DNA of 64,000 nucleotides. It comes from an uncultured virus (IMG/VR IMGVR_UViG_3300027963_005227). Its lineage: Duplodnaviria > Heunggongvirae > Uroviricota > Caudoviricetes. The notes beneath the pieces were generated by a model. The model worked only from the letters and a program-made list of their open reading frames with translations, was not told the DNA's origin and ran no database searches. This document shows positions 56,326-64,000 of this stretch, piece by piece (the stretch's first letter is position 1; each line of letters opens with the position of its first letter). The stretch spans positions 1 through 64,000 of the IMG/VR virus record IMGVR_UViG_3300027963_005227; one strand, given 5' to 3'. A program made the translations under genes and the position numbers.

Positions 56326-59300
56326 TTATAAAATAGTAAAGTTTTTAACTAATGGTCTATCAAAAAGTGTTATTCCTTGGTACATAACAAAAGTATCTTT
56401 TCTTGAATAGTCAGAATCTAAATTTACATGCTTATCGCCTAAAGCTTTTACTTCTAAAGTCCAAGTTCCAAGATCAGTTAATCCTTGAAATTCATACTTA
56501 CCTACATTATTAGCTACGAAATAAGTTTGTGAGTATTGAACTGTCTTGTTATAAAGATTAACTTCAAATCCAGTCGCCTTGCTATTTTCATCCCAAACTC
56601 CTGATAAAGTAAATGAGTTTGAGCTTGACTTTCCAGTAACAAATTGTTGAATATATGGAGCTTCTAATTGATTAATTTCATAGTTATTAACTTTAATAGT
56701 TCCAGCATAATAAGTATCTGGCAAATAGTCTTCAACTGTAAAATTTTCAATTAATTCGTATTTACCAGTATCATATTTTGATCCAACTATATTGTATTCA
56801 TTTTGATTTTCTTCTCTAATTGAAAGTATTTTATAGATTTGATTTGCAGCGCCACTTCTTTCAATTCTATAAGGACTGCCAACTTTAACAAAACTCAATA
56901 AATTAATATTTGGATCTCCAGTATTTAAGTATAAATTGCAACCATAATCTTGATTATCAAATCCTGTAATATTAAATGTTTTAATTTGTGGATAATTAAT
57001 AGTAGAAATTTCTTCATTTAAAATTCCTTTTTCAGATCCTCCAATAAAGTTTTTTATACCTGTATATAAATCTTTTGCAGATCCTCTTCTATTCGGAATA
57101 CTAGTATCATATAAAAATCCTGATAAACCATTAATACTCAGAATATTATCGATTCCAGTATTAAAAATAATTTTATCATAAAGATTATTATCTGAAAAAG
57201 CTTTTCCAGTAGAAAAAACCCAACCACTAACCCCAGTATTATAATAACAAAATAGATTTTGTTTATTAGTAAAATTATATCCAGTATATGAGCCAAAATA
57301 ATTTTGAGACGTACCTCCAGTATATCCATTAGTATATTTATCAAAACTATAGTTACCAGTTAAATTCTTTAAATCACTATCTAATAGAAGATTAGAATTA
57401 AAATCAAAATTGTCCACTCTAGAGCGATTTGACTTGGCAAGATCTGATAATTCCTGACTAGTAGCATAACCAGTAGGAGTATAAACTGTTAATTTTCCAA
57501 TGTATTTTTCGTCAGAGTATTTATTTTCAATGTATAAAGATTTTTGTTCTAAATTAACATCTAAAACTCTGCCATAATTTGTGTCTCTAGTTTTCATTTC
57601 ATCATCTACTATGATTAAATCTCCAGGGCGACATAGTAAACTTTCCAATCCAGCTTTAAATTCAACAGATTGATTTTCTTTAATGGTTTGATAAATTAGA
57701 TGCTTCCCCATTCTGCGAGCCATCGCTCTAGAAGTTACTCCATTTGTGTTGATAGTAGTTTTTAATACTCCTCTTTTTCTTATGCTAGCTTCATCTTCTA
57801 CAAATTCTATTTTAGTTTTGAAATTATCAAATCTATCTAGATAAACCACTTCAACTGTATTAAACTGCTGATCTCTTCTATTGTTTGTATAGCTAAAAAA
57901 TCCATCTTTAACATTAGAGTTTGAAAATGTAGCAATTGGAGTTCTTGGTCTATCATCTAAAAAATGAACTTCAGAATTAGAAAAGAAAGTTGATCCTCTG
58001 AATAAATTTGAAACAATATTAATTGCATCAAAAACTTTAATATTATCTTTGAACATGATGTTGCAAGAATATCGAGGCTCTAATCCACCAATACCATCAG
58101 AAACTCCTATAAAATATCCATCATCATTAACGCTATCACAAAATCTTCCAATTTTATAGAGTTCCCATATATTAATTTGAGACTCATCAATGTATCCACC
58201 TAGTCCATATCTCTGACTAGTTAAAAGATCGTAAAGAATCCATGCTGGATTATCAGTCCAACCATCTTTAAATGTGCCATCCCAGTCTCCTACATAAATT
58301 TTTTGAGGTATTTTATAATCGCTAGCTTTTGAGATGTACCTTCTATCGCTGCCATTAGAATCAGCTAATGGATAATAATTTGAAGGAATTTTAACTACTT
58401 TTAAACGGCAATCATAAGATCTATCTGGAATAGATCCAAAAGATCTTGAGTCTAATTTTATTCCATTAATTGCAGAAAATGGATAAGATAGATTAGAATC
58501 AATAATTTCAGTGACTTTAATTAAAGAACAATCCTTGCTAATTAAAACAGAATTTGTTTCTACTGAAACTTTAGTTATTTTAATAAATCTTTTTACTCCA
58601 GAAATATTATCTTTTTCAGTGATTGGTGGTAATTGAAATGGTATTCTTTGTGCACCAGGTCTACGAATAAAATCGCTACCAGGTGCTCCTTGAAAAATAT
58701 AATCATATCTGCTACTACCATTATATACAAGTTCGGGCCACCCAAAATCAACTAACGTCATGCTCTCAATCTGAGCAACTATTGAGAATTTTACATCGCC
58801 AGATGGATCTTGAATTCCATCGCGGGTGACTCCCCAAGTTACATTAATGACTAATATTGCTGGAATTGAATCTCCAGCTTGTAATTTACTGCTAGCTGCT
58901 TTAGCTGGATCTCCTGGAGTTATATTAACAGTATCTTTTAAACTAGAAATACCCAATGTAAAATATACGCTAGTTACATTTGGATTTTCAATAGTATGAA
59001 CTATTGGAACGTCACTGTCATCAAAGTTACTCTCTTTATCCCAATTTGAATAATTTTTTGTGTTATATGTTGGATCCGATAGTTTTATTTTTCCGTTTAC
59101 AATTTTTACAACTTTGACTTCTCCGTATTTATTATATGCGAGTTTTCCTCTGCTACTTACTGTAGTATTTCGAGTATCAGAACTTCCTTCTCTATTTCCT
59201 CTTTCTGAATTTAATTTAGCAGGTCCACCATTTCTGGCTGGATCATTCTTTCTCATAACGGTATATTCATCCCAACCATCTTTGATTCTAATATCTTGCT

Positions 59301-61059
59301 TCACACGTTGTATCTCACCACCTCTTCTATATGCTCCATATAAGGGGGCATTATATTCAAAATCAACATGAATATTATTAAAATACTTTAATGGATCTTG
59401 AAATTCCTTTCCATTTTTAAATTCGCATAAAACATTAGAAAAATTAAATTTATCACTATTAGCTCGATAAGTAGATCGCTGCTTTCTAATAAACAAAAGC
59501 TCAAAATTTTTATTTTTTAATTGGTCAATGAAGTCTGGAAAAAACCAACGTGCAGTTCTCCAACTTCTATATTTTGCGTCTGCACCAGTGCCCCATTTAG
59601 CCGTTTTTCCAGTACTACCATCAAGGTTATAATTATCTCCAGTACTATTTTGCAAAGTTAAAGGAATTTCTAAAATGATACATCCAAAAAATAATCCAGT
59701 CATTTTATCTAGATTACCTTTATAAGCAATATTATCATTTAAATATGGAGTAACTAAACTATGAATAGTAATACCATCTGGTAAATTAGGAATAAAAACT
59801 GAAAATTCATCTATGTTTTCTGAGTTTGGAATATAAATTGAGCTATCTGAATTTATACCTTTAGCTCCCCCTGCATAATCAGCAGAATCAGACCAATTAT
59901 TATCACCTAATTTAATAATAATAAAACATTTATTGCTTGGTCTAGTGCTTCTGATAGGACTTGATAATGGTGCAAATTTAGCTGCAATCGTTGTATCTTC
60001 TGAATTACTAGCATTATTTTCATCAAATTTTTGAACTAGAGCATCATCTGTTCCTAAATCATATTCAGTTAAAAACTTATTAATAATATTTTTTTGATTT
60101 CCAGCATAAGTTGATATAGGACGGGATGAATTGATAGTAGAATCGGTAATTTTATTTAACTTTGTCAAATAATCTGATAAAATTGATCCATTGCTATTTA
60201 ACGATCCTCGGCTATAATGAACTTCAATAGTTGATTTTCCTATTTTTTGATTTTTTTCTATAGTGTTAGTTTGATTTGAATACCATGGAACACTATCATC
60301 AAGTGTAGCTGTGGAATCTTTTAATTTTAAATACAAACGATTACTTGCAACAGCAACATCTTTATTGTAATAAGTTGCAAAACTATCAGAATCTATCGAT
60401 GCAAGATCATTGCTAATAATTTTTGCATGATCATAGTAAGGGGGCACGCTAAGACCTCCAAAAAAATTAGAAAAAACTGGTTGCCAAGGGTTATAGTCAG
60501 CGTTATTAGTATCATTAGATACTGCATCAGTAAAAAGTAATGTGGTCTTTTCTGACTTTTTTCCTTTATTTTCTAACCATGGAAAAGAAATAGCAGCGAA
60601 GCGTCTTTGTTCACTATATGCTGCTGCTGATTCATAATTAAAAAAACAATTTTTGAGCTTATCACTCAATAAACTTGTTTTATACACATCCTCTCCATCT
60701 ATTCTCTCTGAGAAATTTTTTAAACGAGCATTAAAATCTGTAGAATCTATTTTATAAATATATGAAGTTTCTGCATTAGTATTAGCGCCTGGAGTCGGAA
60801 CAGTGGAAACTGCTATTGGAGTGTTATTCAAATAAACAGCTTGAAATATATCAGTACTATTAACCTCTTCTCCATTTTGATTTACCAAGCTATGAATAGG
60901 ACCATCAGAAATTAAATCAATAATTTCAACTATACTATATGAACTACCAACTGAAAACTTTCCAATATCAGGAGGACGTAAAACTGTTGGTTTTGGTTTT
61001 GGTTTTTCTCGTTTGCCTCCTGCTCCAGCAAAAATTCTCTTTTTAATAAAATGTTTCAT
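56326..61059 (-). CDS. Central tail tip/host-specificity protein (lambda gpJ-like)
   Basis: DLISDGPI, YL.NTPI, SYP.SA, WDGTFK..WTDNPAWILYDLLT..RYGLG, EPR..CN and PGD.I...D motifs. Confidence 0.92.
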   Translation of the reverse strand: MKHFIKKRIFAGAGGKREKPKPKPTVLRPPDIGKFSVGSSYSIVEIIDLISDGPIHSLVNQNGEEVNSTDIFQAVYLNNTPIAVSTVPTPGANTNAETSYIYKIDSTDFNARLKNFSERIDGEDVYKTSLLSDKLKNCFFNYESAAAYSEQRRFAAISFPWLENKGKKSEKTTLLFTDAVSNDTNNADYNPWQPVFSNFFGGLSVPPYYDHAKIISNDLASIDSDSFATYYNKDVAVASNRLYLKLKDSTATLDDSVPWYSNQTNTIEKNQKIGKSTIEVHYSRGSLNSNGSILSDYLTKLNKITDSTINSSRPISTYAGNQKNIINKFLTEYDLGTDDALVQKFDENNASNSEDTTIAAKFAPLSSPIRSTRPSNKCFIIIKLGDNNWSDSADYAGGAKGINSDSSIYIPNSENIDEFSVFIPNLPDGITIHSLVTPYLNDNIAYKGNLDKMTGLFFGCIILEIPLTLQNSTGDNYNLDGSTGKTAKWGTGADAKYRSWRTARWFFPDFIDQLKNKNFELLFIRKQRSTYRANSDKFNFSNVLCEFKNGKEFQDPLKYFNNIHVDFEYNAPLYGAYRRGGEIQRVKQDIRIKDGWDEYTVMRKNDPARNGGPAKLNSERGNREGSSDTRNTTVSSRGKLAYNKYGEVKVVKIVNGKIKLSDPTYNTKNYSNWDKESNFDDSDVPIVHTIENPNVTSVYFTLGISSLKDTVNITPGDPAKAASSKLQAGDSIPAILVINVTWGVTRDGIQDPSGDVKFSIVAQIESMTLVDFGWPELVYNGSSRYDYIFQGAPGSDFIRRPGAQRIPFQLPPITEKDNISGVKRFIKITKVSVETNSVLISKDCSLIKVTEIIDSNLSYPFSAINGIKLDSRSFGSIPDRSYDCRLKVVKIPSNYYPLADSNGSDRRYISKASDYKIPQKIYVGDWDGTFKDGWTDNPAWILYDLLTSQRYGLGGYIDESQINIWELYKIGRFCDSVNDDGYFIGVSDGIGGLEPRYSCNIMFKDNIKVFDAINIVSNLFRGSTFFSNSEVHFLDDRPRTPIATFSNSNVKDGFFSYTNNRRDQQFNTVEVVYLDRFDNFKTKIEFVEDEASIRKRGVLKTTINTNGVTSRAMARRMGKHLIYQTIKENQSVEFKAGLESLLCRPGDLIIVDDEMKTRDTNYGRVLDVNLEQKSLYIENKYSDEKYIGKLTVYTPTGYATSQELSDLAKSNRSRVDNFDFNSNLLLDSDLKNLTGNYSFDKYTNGYTGGTSQNYFGSYTGYNFTNKQNLFCYYNTGVSGWVFSTGKAFSDNNLYDKIIFNTGIDNILSINGLSGFLYDTSIPNRRGSAKDLYTGIKNFIGGSEKGILNEEISTINYPQIKTFNITGFDNQDYGCNLYLNTGDPNINLLSFVKVGSPYRIERSGAANQIYKILSIREENQNEYNIVGSKYDTGKYELIENFTVEDYLPDTYYAGTIKVNNYEINQLEAPYIQQFVTGKSSSNSFTLSGVWDENSKATGFEVNLYNKTVQYSQTYFVANNVGKYEFQGLTDLGTWTLEVKALGDKHVNLDSDYSRKDTFVMYQGITLFDRPLVKNFTIL

Positions 61060-61063
61060 ATTA

Positions 61064-61720
61064 TTATCTAACTAATATTGAAGAATTAGTAGGGCGGTCT
61101 GAATCTCTACGAGTTAAGTCATTCAAAACACTATCTTTATTAGGATGAGATTTGATAGATGCTGAAATGACATTAGATCCAATTCTTAATCTGCCATATC
61201 CAACAGGAACTGGAGATCCCTGATCTGCCACATTAGCTTTGCTGCTAAAAATAAAAGATTCTTTAACTCCTCCAACTTCAATGCTTGGAGCTTTTCCAGC
61301 TTTTTCTGCATTTGGAGCTAGCATCATTTGAATTCCTATGCTTAATGCCATGGCTCCAAGTGCTCCTAGTAGACCAGCACCAAATGCTCCTATAGTTCCT
61401 ATCACTGCTGCTGTTGTAGAGGCATATAATGCAATAGCTCCAACAACAGCAACTACCACTCCAGATCCACAAATCATTGGAACGATGTCAATAACTCTTG
61501 GAGCTTTTTTAATTTCTAATTCTAAATGTTCTTTTACATCTTTTCCATCAACAATAATTGCATAATGAAGTCCCTCTTTTGATAAATCCATCACTCTTTT
61601 AATAAAATTAGAGCGATTCATATTGATAGCCATTATAGCATCTTTTGGTTTTCTAATTTTTAATAAAAAAACTTCGCCAAACTCTTTAGCTAAAATTCCA
61701 TGCAAATTGATAGTAGTCAT
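61064..61720 (-). CDS. Tail assembly protein (lambda gpI-like)
   Basis: L.G.L...FG, I.IVP...GS and QG.PVPVGYGRLR.GS..IS motifs. Confidence 0.88.
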   Translation of the reverse strand: MTTINLHGILAKEFGEVFLLKIRKPKDAIMAINMNRSNFIKRVMDLSKEGLHYAIIVDGKDVKEHLELEIKKAPRVIDIVPMICGSGVVVAVVGAIALYASTTAAVIGTIGAFGAGLLGALGAMALSIGIQMMLAPNAEKAGKAPSIEVGGVKESFIFSSKANVADQGSPVPVGYGRLRIGSNVISASIKSHPNKDSVLNDLTRRDSDRPTNSSILVR

Positions 61721-62127
61721 TTTATTTGTTCCTTAAACCCTGTAACTAGTTTTACATCATATTGTTGATTTTGTGGCTCATAAAAATAAAACTTTTTCGA
61801 ATTGATTGAAAAAATCATAAATGGCACACAACAATTTTCTGACATTTTGATGTCAAATTCAGATGGATTCTCATCTCCTACAACATGACTATGAAAAATT
61901 GCAATTAAATCGTAAGAGTGTTTGAAATTTAAATATTTTGCTGGACTAATTGAAAAAAAGTTTTGAGGATCCAAAGAGATATTTTGCTCAATTTGAGCTA
62001 CATATTTTTTTAAATATGATGAATATCCAATAAATCCACAAATTTCCATTGATTTATTTTTATAAGACTCATTGCTTATAAAATTTGTAATTTCTAAAAC
62101 TGTAGAGCTTATAATTTTATCTTGCAT
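61717..62127 (-). CDS. JAB/MPN tail assembly protein (gpK N-domain only; probable start at 62127)
   Basis: EICGFI and FHSH......PS..D motifs; no NlpC/P60 domain. Confidence 0.85.
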   Translation of the reverse strand: MQDKIISSTVLEITNFISNESYKNKSMEICGFIGYSSYLKKYVAQIEQNISLDPQNFFSISPAKYLNFKHSYDLIAIFHSHVVGDENPSEFDIKMSENCCVPFMIFSINSKKFYFYEPQNQQYDVKLVTGFKEQIK

Positions 62128-64000
62128 AACGATCTGTTGCTGGAAATCCACCAAATGGCAAGCCAATTACTGGATTTCCAATTTCTTTATAGTTATATAC
62201 TGGAACCTCTGAAGGTATTTCTATTTCTAAACCAGTATAATACAATCCAGTTAAAATTAAAATATGCCTGCTATATTCTGTTATAGTGCTGGCGTTAGTA
62301 TACGTGTTATTCTGACTGCTATTATATACTATATAATCATCAGGGTTAGGATCTCCATCTTCTTTTCGTAAACTTTTATCTATAAAAGGTGGCTCTGTAC
62401 TTATATTCCACCAAGGTGTAATTATATCCATGTCCCACCAAGCGTAAAGATTTTTTATCGCAGGAGAATATTTATTTACTTGAGAATAACTTTTTGGAAA
62501 AGCGGTAGTAGGATCATCTGTAATAATTCTGTTAGAAGTAAACTCAGACCGTCGAGGATCATCTTCAGTTGATTCTGAAGTCCAAATAGCAGTTGATCCT
62601 ATATACATGGGAGAAGTGTAAGTTATTCCCCTTTCATACTGCTGCCATTGATTAATTCCAAAATATAAATTGCCAATTCCATTTTGCCTTATCGGATCTT
62701 TGAATAAAAATGACTCTCCAGAATAACCAGAAAGAACCTCTGCTACATCTGTATAATATTGAGCAATAATATTTCCAAGACTATCGTAGATTCTTATTCT
62801 TGAATCTAATGTTCCATAAGGAGGAGTAGTACTATAAATGTAACCTGGGGGATGATTTTGATAGCTTTCTAAAAATAAACAAAATCTTTTTTTATCAAAA
62901 ATATCTTGATAATCTCCATCAATTGACTTCTCGGCAATTTTAACAGGTCCAGGTATGAGAACTCCGCCTTCACCAGTTAAGAATTTGCCATCTGATCCAG
63001 TCTCATCTTGTATATAAGTTGTTGCAAAATCGCAAAAAACTCGTTCTCCAGATAAATATAAATTAATGCCACTATATCGATTATCATCTTTAATATTATG
63101 AAAAAGATTAAATGGAATTGTTGGGTCAACTCCACTTGGAAAAATTCCCCACATTCCAATTAAAAATCCTTGTTTTTGATGAACTTTATCTGGACTATTA
63201 AAAGTAGTATTATATAGTCCATAGCTGATATTATTACTAATCAAATCTACTTCTGTTAATCCTACACTTCCAGTGCAACCGCTAGCAGCTATTTTAACTC
63301 CTGTTACGCCCGTGTATGAAAGATTTGTTATAGATGACATGGAACCGCCGCTCGCAACAAAGAATCCTGTATAATTAGTAGGAATTCCAGAAATGGTAAT
63401 ATTAGCAAAATTAAAATTATCAGTCAAACCTGTTAAATCATACAAATTGATTCTATTAATTTCTCCTGTTGGAAGATTATTAAAATAAATAATTCCACTC
63501 TCTCCACCAGTTCCAGCAACCCAAGTTGAATCAAAATCATCATCTCCAACATAAGTTGCGCGTTGCAGATTGCCAAGAGTTCCCAACTCCTCATCTCCCG
63601 TTTGAAAATACTCACTAGATGCTGTAATGCCTGTGAAATGATAAGCAATATTATTAGTTGGATTTAATGTTTTAGATGAAAAATCAATGTATTTAGTATA
63701 AAACGAAACGTCTCCACTCTTTTCTAGAGTGTATGATTTTTGATTAAATCTTAGTTTACAAGCACTTAATTTTTTTGAGCATCCATCTTTTATCCAGTAT
63801 TGTGAATTGTCGTCTGGTCTTGTTGCATCGCTAGACTGATGAAATTTTTGACAAACAAATTTAATTTTAACAGGTTCTGTATATTTGCTGCCATCATCTC
63901 TAACTTTACTAATATAAATTTTTGGATTTTCCAAGTAAACGCCAACTCCACTTTCATAAGATCTGGTTGGATTCCACACCTGCATTGGACTTTCGGTAGT
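62117..64000 (-). CDS. Minor tail protein L-like (5'-truncated at the window end) with a large insertion
   Basis: DGCSKKLSACKLRF and terminal LPFGGFP; frame open to base 64000. Confidence 0.75.
   Translation of the reverse strand, partial: TTESPMQVWNPTRSYESGVGVYLENPKIYISKVRDDGSKYTEPVKIKFVCQKFHQSSDATRPDDNSQYWIKDGCSKKLSACKLRFNQKSYTLEKSGDVSFYTKYIDFSSKTLNPTNNIAYHFTGITASSEYFQTGDEELGTLGNLQRATYVGDDDFDSTWVAGTGGESGIIYFNNLPTGEINRINLYDLTGLTDNFNFANITISGIPTNYTGFFVASGGSMSSITNLSYTGVTGVKIAASGCTGSVGLTEVDLISNNISYGLYNTTFNSPDKVHQKQGFLIGMWGIFPSGVDPTIPFNLFHNIKDDNRYSGINLYLSGERVFCDFATTYIQDETGSDGKFLTGEGGVLIPGPVKIAEKSIDGDYQDIFDKKRFCLFLESYQNHPPGYIYSTTPPYGTLDSRIRIYDSLGNIIAQYYTDVAEVLSGYSGESFLFKDPIRQNGIGNLYFGINQWQQYERGITYTSPMYIGSTAIWTSESTEDDPRRSEFTSNRIITDDPTTAFPKSYSQVNKYSPAIKNLYAWWDMDIITPWWNISTEPPFIDKSLRKEDGDPNPDDYIVYNSSQNNTYTNASTITEYSRHILILTGLYYTGLEIEIPSEVPVYNYKEIGNPVIGLPFGGFPATDRYAR

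Noticed and set aside
5702..63648. Many 60-150 aa alternate-frame or antisense ORFs in the track (e.g. 5702, 8219, 15951, 45697, 50355, 59060)
   Set aside because: They are nested in well-supported genes and have no motifs; these are shadow ORFs.

Overview
This is a 64-kb AT-rich segment of a large tailed dsDNA phage genome, read in the standard genetic code. I found no rRNA, tRNA, CRISPR array or integrase. The left end (+) holds a 5'-truncated tape-measure-like gene, three tail genes and a repeat-rich fibre. The right end (-) holds a lambda-like L-K-I-J tail-tip module. Between them lie: (i) a minus-strand early block (Hsp20, GT4, SSB, sigma factor, dNMP kinase, dUTPase); (ii) a hairpin-rich divergent intergenic region; (iii) nrdB-fcl-nrdA; (iv) a ~12-kb glycan biosynthesis island (GT11, GT6, C-methyltransferase, three FkbM, two GT4, gmd); (v) a replication cluster (RecA, DnaB, primase, Cas4-like nuclease, PHP, DEDD exonuclease, DnaE); (vi) a ClpA-like ATPase, a SET protein and further glycosyltransferases. 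The strongest finding is a 'fractured' DnaE with a naturally split intein (99-aa IntN, 38-aa IntC) at FNK|SH, with an unannotated Vsr/DUF559-like endonuclease remnant lacking its 5' end between the halves. Other highlights: a Met1 class-3-type DnaB intein; a GDP-fucose plus GT11 plus GT6 set alongside Thr/Ser-Gly-rich virion proteins (possible virion glycosylation); strand-specific GNA-triloop/tandem-GA DNA hairpins at the strand switch; two classes of apparently leaderless promoters; and an fcl gene inserted between duplicated nrdB-nrdA junctions. All calls come from motif recognition by eye; no searches were run.
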